NCBI GenBank assembly: GCA_009784685.1
Contig: WRBF01000001.1
Span: 2,942 to 66,941 of the forward strand
Source: Defluviitaleaceae bacterium
Lineage (GTDB): Bacteria; Bacillota; Clostridia; Lachnospirales; WRBF01
Reading direction: 5' to 3'
Length of the DNA: 64,000 nt
The notes under the pieces were generated by a model, which was not told the origin of the DNA, ran no database searches, and saw only the letters and a list, made by a program, of their open reading frames with translations. Made by a program: the position numbers and the translations under genes. Shown here piece by piece: positions 1 to 10,094 of the stretch; the stretch's first letter is position 1; every line of letters starts with the position of its first letter.

Positions 1-650
1 TATTCGCTTAAAGAGTCATTTGCAGCTAAGCCGCCGGAAGGTCCAATGAATAACTCGCTATATGATAATCCGCTAATTCCCATTTCTTCAAGCATTGCAA
101 TATCAAGTTCACGTTCAAGTCCAAGACCGTTTGCGTTAGAAAACGCCATTAGATCATCAAAGAAATTAGAAGCACTGACAGAGATGTTTTCGCCTAAAAA
201 GCTTACAATAACATCTGAATCCGTCAAGAAAAGCCCAATATCCATCATTTCTTGAACATCTACGGTAAGAGCCAAAACTCTGTCTCTTAAACTGTTGCTT
301 AAGTTTGAAGTTATTAAAGGCATTCCGGCATCAAAGCCCATGAAGCTATTAACATTAAGTAAAAGTTCAATATCAAATTCACCCGTTGCAAATATTTCGC
401 CCATTTGTGCAAATACTCTGTTGTCACCAAGGCTCATAAGCTCTGATTCAAGATGACGCATAGTGTATGCCCAAGTAGCGTTAAAATATTCGGCAGGGTT
501 AGAACGGTCAACACTTCTGCGTTCAGCAGGTGCTGTGCCATTTGAGCCGCCTGTTTCTCCGGGTGTTGCACAAGCAGATAGCACTAAGATCATAACCATA
601 ACAAGTGCTATCATCATACTGATAAATTTCAAAGACCTTCTTCTAATCAT
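1..650 (-). CDS. Lipoprotein of unknown function, partial (runs off left edge)
   Basis: Read manually, absent from ORF track. ATG at 650 with AGGAGG upstream; MIRRRSLKFISMMIALVMVMILVLSA-CATPGETGG has a signal peptide and LSAC lipobox; open to position 1. Confidence 0.8.
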   Translation of the reverse strand, partial: MIRRRSLKFISMMIALVMVMILVLSACATPGETGGSNGTAPAERRSVDRSNPAEYFNATWAYTMRHLESELMSLGDNRVFAQMGEIFATGEFDIELLLNVNSFMGFDAGMPLITSNLSNSLRDRVLALTVDVQEMMDIGLFLTDSDVIVSFLGENISVSASNFFDDLMAFSNANGLGLERELDIAMLEEMGISGLSYSELFIGPSGGLAANDSLSE

Positions 651-688
651 TTTTTATTTCCTCCTAAGATGTTTTAATAAAGTTTTAT

Positions 689-1465
689 TTACGCTAATCC
701 AAAACCCATAAAATTTGCTAGCTTTTTAATATCTGAACAAAGAGTTTTAAATTCATGAGGATTAAGAGATTGATGCCCATCAGATAGTGCCTTTTCAGGA
801 TTTGGATGAACTTCAATCATTAAACCGTCGGCTCCTGCAGCTACTGCCGCTTTGGAAAGTGGAGCTACATATTCTCTGACCCCTGCCGCATGGCTTGGGT
901 CAACGATTATTGGCATATCTGACCTGCTTTTGATAACGGGCACAGCACTTATATCAAGCGTATTTCGAGTGCTAGTTTCGTAGGTTCGTATGCCTCTTTC
1001 GCATAGGATAACATTATAATTTCCTTCGCTTCTAATATATTCTGCGGCATTAAGCCATTCGTCAATCGTAGCAGCAATACCTCTTTTAAGAATTACAGGC
1101 TTACCTGATTTGCCTACAGCACGAAGCAAAGGAAAATTTTGCATATTCCTTGCACCAATTTGCAAAATATCTACATACTTTGCAGTTTTTTCTATAAGGT
1201 TAGCATCAAGAACTTCGCAAATAGTAGGCAAACCTGTTTCCATTTTTGCCTCGTATATGTATTTAAGCCCTTCTTCTTCAATACCTTGAAAAGAGTAGGG
1301 GGACGTTCTTGGCTTGTAAGCACTGCCACGCAAGATATTTGCGCCCGATTCTTTAACATAACGAGCAGCAGACAAAAATTGTTCCCTGTTTTCAACAGCG
1401 CAAGGTCCGCCGATTATAACGAAGCTTCCCCCGCCTATTATTATGTCATCGACAGTAATCGACAA
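689..1465 (-). CDS. aroF: DAHP synthase (type I-beta), catalytic barrel only
   Basis: GPCAVE, RGSAYKPRTSPYSFQG, QIGARNMQN, KRG, ERG, DPSH motifs; probable TTG start at 1465 after GGAGG. Confidence 0.93.
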   Translation of the reverse strand: MSITVDDIIIGGGSFVIIGGPCAVENREQFLSAARYVKESGANILRGSAYKPRTSPYSFQGIEEEGLKYIYEAKMETGLPTICEVLDANLIEKTAKYVDILQIGARNMQNFPLLRAVGKSGKPVILKRGIAATIDEWLNAAEYIRSEGNYNVILCERGIRTYETSTRNTLDISAVPVIKSRSDMPIIVDPSHAAGVREYVAPLSKAAVAAGADGLMIEVHPNPEKALSDGHQSLNPHEFKTLCSDIKKLANFMGFGLA

Positions 1466-1502
1466 ATAATTTGCCTCCCTCTTAAACCACCATCTTCTTA
1501 AT

Positions 1503-1531
1503 AGTATATCGTATTTTTTCATATATTTCAA
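1503..1531 (-). promoter_or_regulatory. sigma-A promoter for aroF
   Basis: TTGAAA-N17-TATACT on minus strand. Confidence 0.6.
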
Positions 1532-1653
1532 CCAGAAAACAATATGAATTTTATGGAGTATATAATATGTTCATGCCAACCGTCCCATAGCATCTATCAT
1601 TATACCATATGAGTATTTAAAAATCTATCAGGTTTTGCTTGTATCCACACGCT

Positions 1654-1923
1654 CTAAGGGCTTGGCGTAAATGCCGTCGAACCTAATCCAAGCGGCACAA
1701 CAAATACAAGTGTAGTCGTCGGGTTTATATGGATTGTTAGTTGAATTGAAGGGGCTTCTTTTCGTGTTCCTGCTGAAAACGATGTATCATAAGGGATTCC
1801 GGCAGATATAAGCAGGGATATTAATACGTTAAATCTACACATTGAAATAGGCTCGCCATTCATAACTTGCCGGAATATGTCTATAGAAAACAATGACATT
1901 ATTTGGTTATCGAATACAGACAT
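1654..1923 (-). CDS. Small hypothetical protein, possibly spore-associated
   Basis: ATG at 1923 with AGAGGGG RBS; 89 aa MSVFDNQIMSLF...; sigma-K-like promoter upstream. Confidence 0.7.
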   Translation of the reverse strand: MSVFDNQIMSLFSIDIFRQVMNGEPISMCRFNVLISLLISAGIPYDTSFSAGTRKEAPSIQLTIHINPTTTLVFVVPLGLGSTAFTPSP

Positions 1924-1944
1924 GATAAAAACCCCTCTCGTTAT

Positions 1945-1973
1945 CAGTTTATGTACAAGTTTGGGGTTTTGTG
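1945..1973 (-). promoter_or_regulatory. sigma-K-like sporulation promoter
   Basis: CACA-N16-CATAAACTG on minus strand, close to the AC(A)-N16-CATAnnnTA consensus. Confidence 0.5.
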
Positions 1974-1981
1974 CGGAATTG

Positions 1982-2992
1982 TTAAAATACTTCTTCAACA
2001 ACAATGTCATATGGTTTCCCATTGACTTTAACAAGAAAGTTATGCCTGTTTTTAGGGTGATGTTCAATAGCATTAACCAAGCTATTTGTATTTTGCACTA
2101 AAATAGCGTGTGCTTCTTCAATCGATATGCCTTCAAACCGAATAATGTCTCCGGTTTTAGATTGAGCAACTATATGCAAGTCTGATGAAATAACAGTAGC
2201 TATTTTTGCGTAACCTCCTGCTGTTTGCCCGTCTTCCATAACAATAATTGGGTTGCCGTCGCCTGGTATTTGTATGCTTCCTGTAACTATTCCCTCGGAA
2301 ATAATATCACTTCCGGATTTTGTTTCTATTTGAGGACCGTTCAATCTGTATCCCATTCTGTCAAACTGATTTGTTACTTGATAAGAGCTGTTAAGAAATG
2401 TCTCAATTCCGCTGTTAGTAAAAAAATCATCCTGCGGACCCAAAACTACTCTAACTGTATATTCTCCCGTATAGGAATAAACTTGTTTTATACGATTTCC
2501 AATCAGTTCCCTAAGGGTTTTTGATGGTGCGCTTGTTGTGATGATATCAGACACTTTTAAAGCTCTGCCTTCATATCCGCCTATTCCTGCTCGTAAAAAA
2601 GTTGTTTTTGAATTCATAACAACGGGTACATCAATTCCACCGGCAAACGAGAGATACCCTCTGCATCCGGATTTTAGCATCCCAAAACTCAAAACACTTC
2701 CCTTTTTTATAAAGATGCTCTCCCACATAGGTACAGGATTGCCATCTATTTCAGGCGAAAACTCTGCCCCTGTAATAGCGATTACTGAATCAGACAAAAA
2801 CCTCATGCTTGGGGCGGTTAGACTGAATTCCAACACAGCTGAATTTTCATCATTGCCAACTAATATATTAGCCGTTTTGTATGCAAGTGAGTCCATTGCG
2901 CCTGACGAAGGTATTCCAAGTTTTCTAAACCCTTTGCGCCCTGAATCAACAACAATTGTTAAAATACCGGGAGTTATAATTTCAGCAGTCAT
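1982..2992 (-). CDS. pxpC: 5-oxoprolinase subunit C (KipA/AHS2 family)
   Basis: PGILT..D.GR, GAMD, DRMGYRL, GSIQIPGDGNPI, QTAGGYAKIA motifs; operon with pxpA and pxpB. Confidence 0.9.
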   Translation of the reverse strand: MTAEIITPGILTIVVDSGRKGFRKLGIPSSGAMDSLAYKTANILVGNDENSAVLEFSLTAPSMRFLSDSVIAITGAEFSPEIDGNPVPMWESIFIKKGSVLSFGMLKSGCRGYLSFAGGIDVPVVMNSKTTFLRAGIGGYEGRALKVSDIITTSAPSKTLRELIGNRIKQVYSYTGEYTVRVVLGPQDDFFTNSGIETFLNSSYQVTNQFDRMGYRLNGPQIETKSGSDIISEGIVTGSIQIPGDGNPIIVMEDGQTAGGYAKIATVISSDLHIVAQSKTGDIIRFEGISIEEAHAILVQNTNSLVNAIEHHPKNRHNFLVKVNGKPYDIVVEEVF

Positions 2993-3007
2993 AATTTATC
3001 TAGTCTC

Positions 3008-3679
3008 CTATTCTAGCCGGATGTATTCTTCGGGTGTTATTGATATAAATTGTATTAAATCTCCCGCCTCATATAATATAGGCTTTTCACGATTAGGGTC
3101 AAACATTTTATATGGTGTCCTTCCGATCAACTGCCATCCGCCGGGGCTTTCTATTGCATAAATTCCTGTTTGAGCTCCTGCAATTCCTACGCTTCCAGGT
3201 ATAACTTTTGTTCTGGGAGATGTTAAGCGGGGAGCGTTTATTTTCTTATCAAGTTCACCTAAAAATGAAAATCCCGGCATAAAACCGAGCATGTAAATCA
3301 GATAAGGCTTTGAAGTATGAATTTTTACAACTTCCTGTGCTGTAATTCCATTAATTTCTGCAACAGACTCAATATCTGGACCAAATTCGCCGCCATAACA
3401 AACAGGAATTTCAATAATATTCGGATTTTTAATGTCTTTAGTGCACATATTTAGCTCAGACTCTTTAAGCTTAGATACAAGCTCTGAATAAGAAATAACT
3501 AGAGGGTCATAGGTTATAGTCAGTGCTTTATACGACGGAAACGTCTCCGTAATTCCTTCAATTTTGGAAGAAATAACTGCACTTTGAAATGCCGTCACTG
3601 CTTTATTAAGCTCTTCTGAAATAGATTGTCCGAATTCAACTACGATTGCTTTGTCACCTAATGTTAAATATTTCGCCAT
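3008..3679 (-). CDS. pxpB: 5-oxoprolinase subunit B (KipI/AHS1 family)
   Basis: IPVCYGGEFGPD, LGFMPGF, PR, GSVGIAG.QTGIY, SPGGWQLIGRTP. Confidence 0.92.
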   Translation of the reverse strand: MAKYLTLGDKAIVVEFGQSISEELNKAVTAFQSAVISSKIEGITETFPSYKALTITYDPLVISYSELVSKLKESELNMCTKDIKNPNIIEIPVCYGGEFGPDIESVAEINGITAQEVVKIHTSKPYLIYMLGFMPGFSFLGELDKKINAPRLTSPRTKVIPGSVGIAGAQTGIYAIESPGGWQLIGRTPYKMFDPNREKPILYEAGDLIQFISITPEEYIRLE

Positions 3680-4447
3680 TTAAACAATCTCCTTTAACGC
3701 CGTCGGATGTATCCCCTCAGCCGCTAGCGCAGATTTAATTGCCGTAACAAACTCTACGGCTTCCGGGTTGTCACCATGAACACAAATCGAATGCGGTTCA
3801 AGGTTAATTGCTTCGCCTGTTAAACAAATAACAGTTTTATCCTTAACCATTTTAACGACACGCTTTGCGCACTGTTCAACATCATGAATCATTGCCCCTT
3901 TTATCCCCCGTGCAACTAAAGTGCCGTCTTTGTTATAAGCTCTGTCAGCAAAAACCTCGTTTGCGGCTTTAAGCCCTATGTCATTTGCCGCTCTAGTCAT
4001 TTCGCTGTTTGCAAGGGCAAGGAATATGATAGTTTTATCTATTTCATAAATTGCATCAGCTATTGCTCGAGCAATATTATAATCAACCGCAGCCATATTA
4101 TAAAGTGCGCCATGTGGTTTTACATGTTGAATTTTTTGACCCTTAGCTTTAGCAAAGGCCCAAAATGCGCCTATTTGATATTTAACATAAGCCTTTACTT
4201 CTTCAGTAGAAACAGCCATAGCCCTTCTACCAAAACCCAGTAAATCGGGCAAACCAGGGTGCGCTCCGACCATAACCCCGTTTTTAACCGCCATCTCGAC
4301 AGTCTTTTCCATAACAACAGGGTCTCCCGCATGGTATCCGCAGGCAATATTTGCAGAGGTCACGTGTTTTAATATTTCATCATCATACCCTAACCTGTAA
4401 TTGCCAAAACTTTCGCCTAAGTCTGAATTTATGTCAATCTGATACAT
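3680..4447 (-). CDS. pxpA: 5-oxoprolinase subunit A (LamB/YcsF family)
   Basis: [50 protein letters not shown]; ATG at 4447 after GGAGG. Confidence 0.94.
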   Translation of the reverse strand: MYQIDINSDLGESFGNYRLGYDDEILKHVTSANIACGYHAGDPVVMEKTVEMAVKNGVMVGAHPGLPDLLGFGRRAMAVSTEEVKAYVKYQIGAFWAFAKAKGQKIQHVKPHGALYNMAAVDYNIARAIADAIYEIDKTIIFLALANSEMTRAANDIGLKAANEVFADRAYNKDGTLVARGIKGAMIHDVEQCAKRVVKMVKDKTVICLTGEAINLEPHSICVHGDNPEAVEFVTAIKSALAAEGIHPTALKEIV

Positions 4448-4551
4448 GTATAGTTCCTCCACAAAATTAATAAAAATAGTCTATCATACGGCTGTAATAG
4501 CTGTCAATGAAATGACGATATGACAAAATAGCAAATTCCATGTATCTACAA

Positions 4552-4590
4552 TCAACTATAGTTGAAATCAAAGATGATTTGTGATAGAAT
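4552..4590 (+). promoter_or_regulatory. sigma-A promoter with overlapping 14-bp palindrome
   Basis: TTGAAA(4562)-N17-TAGAAT(4585) with extended TG; TCAACTATAGTTGA (4552-4565) overlaps the -35. Confidence 0.55.
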
Positions 4591-4632
4591 GTGCCCTGTT
4601 GCAATTATTAATAAATACCTAGGAGGAACAAA

Positions 4633-4854
4633 ATGAACCAAGAATCTGCAAAATCGTTAGAAGAAATGATGAACGAAAAACCTAAAAAGAAAGTAAACTG
4701 GTCAGCTTTCGTTGAATCTGATGCGGTTAACTTTTTTAACGCACACGAACTTGAAAAAATGTCAATCGAAGATGGTAATGGAAATAAAGCAAAGCTTTCT
4801 CGCCAAAAAGATAACGCTATCAAAGTTGAATATTCATCAACTACGATTTTATAA
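4633..4854 (+). CDS. Small hypothetical protein (73 aa)
   Basis: AGGAGG RBS, promoter upstream, 6 nt before rarD. Confidence 0.75.
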   Translation: MNQESAKSLEEMMNEKPKKKVNWSAFVESDAVNFFNAHELEKMSIEDGNGNKAKLSRQKDNAIKVEYSSTTIL

Positions 4855-4860
4855 GTCATA

Positions 4861-5784
4861 ATGGAGCAAATACATAAATCACCAAAAAAAGGTTTCATCG
4901 CTGCTATAGCAGCACAGCTAACATGGGGAATGCTTGTATTTTATTGGAAATCTATAGAGTCAATATCAGCATATGAAATTCTTGCAATGAGAGTCATTAT
5001 GAGTGTTGTTACTGCGGTAATCATTCTCTCATTCAAAAGTGCTTTAAAGGATTCCCTAATAGCAATGAAAGACAAAAAATTTGCCGGCATGATACTTATT
5101 GCCGGCTTAATTATCGTATCTAATTGGGGAATGTTCATATATGCTGTTAATAACGGCTTTATTTTAGAAAGTGCGTTGGGATATTTCATTTCTCCAATAC
5201 TGACGGTGTTATGCGGTGTAATTTTCTTTAAAGAAAAACCGGACAAATATATAATTGTTTCAGTTATATTTGTAAGCCTGGCAGTAATTTATATGACGAT
5301 AAGCTATGGCAGACCGCCTTTTATTGCGCTATACCTAGCTATTACGTTCAGCGGCTATTTAACGGTCAAGAAAAAAATAAACGCTGAACCGGTTGCAGGT
5401 CTGTTTTTAGAATCGCTTGTAGTTACACCATTTGCGTTAATTTTCGTTATATTCCTTATGGTTACAGGGGCATCAAGTATACTTACTGCAACGATTCCTA
5501 TTAATTTACTGCTGCTGCTATCAGGGGCAGTAACTATGACCCCGCTTATGTTTGTAATGATAGCTCAAAAGCATATCAGCATGTTGATTTATGGCATACT
5601 TAGTTACATCGCCCCGACAATGCAAATGCTTATAGGCGTATTTGTTTACTCAGAGGAGTTTACAATGATTGAGGCTGTTTCATTAGTAGCTGTTATATGT
5701 GCGATATCATACTTTACTTTTGGTCAGTATAAGAAATCACAGATTTTAGCTTCTACCAACATCAGCAAGCCATCTCTTTCTTGA
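4861..5784 (+). CDS. rarD: EamA/DMT family transporter RarD
   Basis: About 10 TM segments; NWG.FIYAVNNG..LESALGYFISP and YIAPTMQ motifs. Confidence 0.85.
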   Translation: MEQIHKSPKKGFIAAIAAQLTWGMLVFYWKSIESISAYEILAMRVIMSVVTAVIILSFKSALKDSLIAMKDKKFAGMILIAGLIIVSNWGMFIYAVNNGFILESALGYFISPILTVLCGVIFFKEKPDKYIIVSVIFVSLAVIYMTISYGRPPFIALYLAITFSGYLTVKKKINAEPVAGLFLESLVVTPFALIFVIFLMVTGASSILTATIPINLLLLLSGAVTMTPLMFVMIAQKHISMLIYGILSYIAPTMQMLIGVFVYSEEFTMIEAVSLVAVICAISYFTFGQYKKSQILASTNISKPSLS

Positions 5785-6945
5785 AGTCCTAAGTAGCATT
5801 AATAGGATAACGCCTATGGAAGACAATATAGCAAGAACTAAAAACCTTACCGTTTCGCTTGGAATAAACCCTACAAGCATTGGGATAAACAGTGCGGATA
5901 TCGCTAAACCGATTAATATTGCACCTAAATTTCCTCCTATGTATTTGAGCCCGAAATAATCAGAGGCAAGAACAGGGTTTACACCTGCCGGACCTCCGTA
6001 ACAAAACGCCATTATGAACACAACAGGCAGCAAAAATACTCCGCTGATAAATATCAAAAGCAGAGAGCAAATTGCAGTAGCTGCTGTAATCGCAATAAGT
6101 GTGTTTTCTCTGCCCGCCTTTTCAGAAATTATCGGCGCAAGTAAACGCCCAAGAGCGTTACCCATACCGGCGACCATAACCAAAGACGTGCCGACAGCGG
6201 CACTTAGCCCTCGGTCAATGGCAAGGCTTTTGAGTGCCGGAAGAATGACCAAATACGCCGGAGTGCCAAACACAAGTGCTAAAGTCATATAATAAAACTG
6301 TTTTGTTTTGATAATTTCATTTGTTTCAAACTGTCTTCCGACAAATTCTACTTCTCTATTTGCCCCGGATGATTCCGGTAGCCTAATAAGCCTAAATAGA
6401 CACAAAACAGAAATTGCGATAATTATTGAAACTGTATAAAGCGTGTTAATAACCCCGATTTGAGATACCAAAACTTCTGTAACAGGCGCAAATACAACCG
6501 CTGAAAAACCAAATGATGAAACGCAGATTCCAATTGCAAATCCGCGTCGATTCGGAAACCATTGTTGTGCTGCCGTTAACACCGTGTTATAAATCATCCC
6601 GATACCCGTGCCTCCGATTACTCCATAGGTTAAATATACAAGCCAAGGGTGGCTTTGAGGCACAAGAGGCGTGGCAGCAATACCCGCAGCAAGCATCATC
6701 CCGCCGATAAACAAAATAGTTCTTGAATCAAGCTTTGTCAGCAGCTTTCCTCCTATAATTATGCCTATAACAAAAAAGCCAAGCATGTACGATGATGTTA
6801 ACATTACAGATTCAACTGCCCAATTAAGATGTTCGCTAATAGGGGCAACAAATATGCTCCAAACATATAAAATTCCTATGAAAAATTGTAGAACAGTTCC
6901 CGCTATTAAAATTTTAATTGCAGTCTTTCTTTTTGATGTGTCCAT
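5746..6945 (-). CDS. MFS transporter, oxalate/formate antiporter (OFA) family
   Basis: G.LYVWSIF, WFP.RRGFA.G, GN..GR, FCYGG, DYFGLK..G.N.G motifs; about 12 TM. Confidence 0.85.
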   Translation of the reverse strand: MDTSKRKTAIKILIAGTVLQFFIGILYVWSIFVAPISEHLNWAVESVMLTSSYMLGFFVIGIIIGGKLLTKLDSRTILFIGGMMLAAGIAATPLVPQSHPWLVYLTYGVIGGTGIGMIYNTVLTAAQQWFPNRRGFAIGICVSSFGFSAVVFAPVTEVLVSQIGVINTLYTVSIIIAISVLCLFRLIRLPESSGANREVEFVGRQFETNEIIKTKQFYYMTLALVFGTPAYLVILPALKSLAIDRGLSAAVGTSLVMVAGMGNALGRLLAPIISEKAGRENTLIAITAATAICSLLLIFISGVFLLPVVFIMAFCYGGPAGVNPVLASDYFGLKYIGGNLGAILIGLAISALFIPMLVGFIPSETVRFLVLAILSSIGVILLMLLRTSRKRWLADVGRS

Positions 6946-7083
6946 TTAGTGAATTCTCCTCTTGAAAGTGATGAATTTTATAATCACTCTACTTGTAATT
7001 GTTTGAATAATAGCGCATAATGAATAGTAGCGTGTCAGTATATCATAAAAATGTTAGATTGTATATTTTTGGAGGAAAAAATT

Positions 7084-7812
7084 ATGCGGGATTATAAAAG
7101 TGAAGCTAAAAACAGAGTTGAATGGATAAAAGAAATTCTAACAAAATCCGGAGCAAAAGGTATAATATTTGGCAACAGTGGTGGAAAAGACAGTGCTCTC
7201 GTTGGAATCCTTTGTAAAATGGCGACAGATAACGTGCTTGGCGTAATTATGCCTTGCGCTTCAAAACAAAACTATACATCTGATAAAGATGATGCTCTGA
7301 AACTGGCAGACAAATTTGAAATTAACACTAAAGTAGTTGACCTAACCGATACAAGGGAATCTCTTTTAGAACAGTTTGAGGCAAATATTTCTATATCAGA
7401 AATCGCAAAAAGCAATATAGCACCTCGTCTTAGAATGACTACACTGTATGCAATTGGTCAAACAAAGGGTTATCTCGTTGCAGGGACGAGTAATAAAAGT
7501 GAATATCATATGGGTTATTTTACAAAATGGGGTGATGCGGGCTGCGACTTTAACCCTATAGCAGACTTAACAGCCACGGAGATTTTTAAGTTTTTAGAAT
7601 ATCTAAATTGTCCGATTGAAATTATAAAAAAAGCACCGTCTGCCGGACTTTTTGATGGTCAGACAGATGAAATGGAAATGGGCGTTACTTATTGCGCTAT
7701 AGATAAATATATTGAAACAGGAAAAGGTCGAGAAGAGGACGTTGCAATAATTGAGAGAATGCATAAGACATCTGAACATAAAAGAAGCCTGCCGCTTAAG
7801 TTTGAAAATTAA
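7084..7812 (+). CDS. nadE: NH3-dependent NAD+ synthetase
   Basis: SGGKDS PP-loop, NI.PRLRM, GT.NKSE, GYFTKWGD, KAPSAGL; ATG at 7084 after GGAGG. Confidence 0.93.
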   Translation: MRDYKSEAKNRVEWIKEILTKSGAKGIIFGNSGGKDSALVGILCKMATDNVLGVIMPCASKQNYTSDKDDALKLADKFEINTKVVDLTDTRESLLEQFEANISISEIAKSNIAPRLRMTTLYAIGQTKGYLVAGTSNKSEYHMGYFTKWGDAGCDFNPIADLTATEIFKFLEYLNCPIEIIKKAPSAGLFDGQTDEMEMGVTYCAIDKYIETGKGREEDVAIIERMHKTSEHKRSLPLKFEN

Positions 7813-7873
7813 TATTAATCCACAATGAATTTTGTTAAGGGTTAATAAATCAAAACGAATGGACTGATTAAAA

Positions 7874-9631
7874 ATGGCACTTGATGGTGTAACGATAGCT
7901 GCTGTTGTAAAAGAGCTAAACTCAAAAATCGCAAACGGGCGTGTTGATAAAATATATCAGCCTGAAAAAGATGAAGTAATAGTAAATATAAGGGCGCAGG
8001 GAAGCAACCATAAACTACTTTTAACAGCAAACCCTTCTCATGCTCGCTTATGTCTAACTAACGAAGCAAAGTCAAACCCAATAGATGCACCTCTATTTTG
8101 TATGCTCATGCGCAAACATCTTTCCGGAGGCAAAGTGCTTGATATAGAACAAGAAGATTTTGATCGTATAATTAAAATCCGCATTGAGTCAATGAGCGAA
8201 ATGGGTGATTTGTCAGTTAAAACACTCATAATCGAAATAATGGGTAAGCACAGCAATATTATTTTGATTGACCACGCAGATATTATTCTTGGTAGCATCA
8301 AATATGTGTCGTTTGATACAAGTAGCGTTCGTGAAGTCTTGCCCGGAAAATCATATGTGTCTCCGCCCTCTAAAGGTAAACTTGACCCAACTAAGTTAGA
8401 TGAATTGCAGTTTATTCAACTTGCAAAAAGCTCGCCTGAAAAAGCGTTAGATTTTTTGTATAAAACATATAGCGGAATGAGCCCTTTCTTCGCAAGCGAA
8501 GTTTGTTTTCGTGCTGATTCGGATGACAATATGTCTCTTAACAGCAAATCTAACGATAAGATTCTAACGCTCTTTAACGCATTTAGCCAACTTATGAACA
8601 AAATTAAAGACGGCAAGTTTGATTTCAATATACTGCTTGACAAAAATAAAAAGCCGATGGAATTCTCTTGTATCAGTATGGAGTTGTTTGCTGCATATGA
8701 TAAAATAGAAGCCGAAAGCGCATCAGAACTTCTAGAGATGTATTACAAAAGCAGAGATTCACAGTTTAGAATGTCGCAAAAAACAGCCGACCTTCGTAAA
8801 ATGGTTAAACTAAATTTTGACCGTTGTGTCAAAAAGCAGGATGTTTATGAAAAAACACTGAAGGGCATTGAAAATAGAGACAGACTTAAAGTTTACGGTG
8901 AGCTTTTAACGGCAAACATCTACGCCATAGAAAAAGGAATGAACACCTTCACAACCGTTAATTTCTATTCGGAAGATGGTGAAGAAATAACGATACAGCT
9001 TGATCCTACAAAAACCCCGGCTGAAAATGCTCAAAAATATTTTAAACGATACACAAAAGAAAAGCGAACGTTTATCGCACTTAAAGACCAAATGAAACAG
9101 AATAAAGAAGAGCTTGCTTACCTTGATTCCGTCATGACAATGATTTCGTCATGTAACGATGAAGCAGATATTGAAGATATTAGAGAAGAATTGACAGATA
9201 ATGGATATTTGAAGAAAAAACCCAAGCGCAAAGGACAGAAGCAAAAAACTTCAAAGCCAATGCATTTCATTTCTTCCGACGGGTTTGACATTTACATAGG
9301 CAAAAACAACAAGCAAAACGATGAGCTTACGCTTAAATTCGCAGAAAGTCTTGATATTTGGTTTCACACAAAAGATATACCCGGTTCACATGTTATCGTA
9401 AGGACAGGAGGAGAAACTCCTCCCAATAAAACGCTGACAGAAGCAGCGACCCTTGCTGCATACTATAGCAAAGCAAAAGAATCCAGCCTTGTTCCGGTTG
9501 ATTATGTTATAAAAAAACATGTTAAAAAACCAAACGGAGCAAAACCCGGTATGGTTATTTATGATAATCATAGTACAGCTTATGTAACGCCGACCGAGGA
9601 AGCCGTGTCCGAGATTGTTAAGAAGGAGTAG
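7874..9631 (+). CDS. rqcH: Ribosome quality control protein RqcH (NFACT/FbpA family)
   Basis: MALDG, KIYQP, FCMLMRKHL, EIMGKHSNIIL, GKNN.QND, WFH.KDIPGSHV, VDY, KPGMVIY. Confidence 0.93.
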   Translation: MALDGVTIAAVVKELNSKIANGRVDKIYQPEKDEVIVNIRAQGSNHKLLLTANPSHARLCLTNEAKSNPIDAPLFCMLMRKHLSGGKVLDIEQEDFDRIIKIRIESMSEMGDLSVKTLIIEIMGKHSNIILIDHADIILGSIKYVSFDTSSVREVLPGKSYVSPPSKGKLDPTKLDELQFIQLAKSSPEKALDFLYKTYSGMSPFFASEVCFRADSDDNMSLNSKSNDKILTLFNAFSQLMNKIKDGKFDFNILLDKNKKPMEFSCISMELFAAYDKIEAESASELLEMYYKSRDSQFRMSQKTADLRKMVKLNFDRCVKKQDVYEKTLKGIENRDRLKVYGELLTANIYAIEKGMNTFTTVNFYSEDGEEITIQLDPTKTPAENAQKYFKRYTKEKRTFIALKDQMKQNKEELAYLDSVMTMISSCNDEADIEDIREELTDNGYLKKKPKRKGQKQKTSKPMHFISSDGFDIYIGKNNKQNDELTLKFAESLDIWFHTKDIPGSHVIVRTGGETPPNKTLTEAATLAAYYSKAKESSLVPVDYVIKKHVKKPNGAKPGMVIYDNHSTAYVTPTEEAVSEIVKKE

Positions 9632-9803
9632 GGGGAGGAGTGGAATTGAACAACAGGGAGATACATATAACAACAAAACAAGAGCGGTCAGCAATTTTCA
9701 AATCATTTCAGACCAAGTTAATGCCTTTTTCAAGGCATCAAATGTTGCATCTTGATGGCTGTCTTAGGATAATTAACAAGATCAAAAAATAGGAGGAACA
9801 AAA

Positions 9804-10010
9804 TTGTTAAGTTTATTAAAGTTACCGTTTCAAATAATATGGTTTTTAATTGGACTTGTCTTTAACCTAACAGGTCGTCTTTTGGGTATATTGTTAGGGC
9901 TAATTTTAATGGGGTTAGGGCTTCTTCTAACATTTACGATAATTGGTGCTTTTGTGGGCATTCCGTTTTTAATTTTAGGACTACTGCTTATTATTAAGTC
10001 GATATTTTGA
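9804..10010 (+). CDS. Small hydrophobic membrane protein
   Basis: TTG start after AGGAGG; 68 aa, almost entirely hydrophobic; terminator follows. Confidence 0.75.
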   Translation: MLSLLKLPFQIIWFLIGLVFNLTGRLLGILLGLILMGLGLLLTFTIIGAFVGIPFLILGLLLIIKSIF

Positions 10011-10012
10011 TG

Positions 10013-10049
10013 AAAAAAAGGCTGTCCGAGGCTAAATCGGAGAGCCTTT
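10013..10049. terminator. Probable bidirectional intrinsic terminator
   Basis: AAAGGCT-gtccga...tcgga-g-AGCCTTT imperfect stem with A and T tails, between convergent genes. Confidence 0.55.
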
Positions 10050-10094
10050 ATACTTCTACACCTCTATAGTTGAATATTTTCATCGGCAATATTT

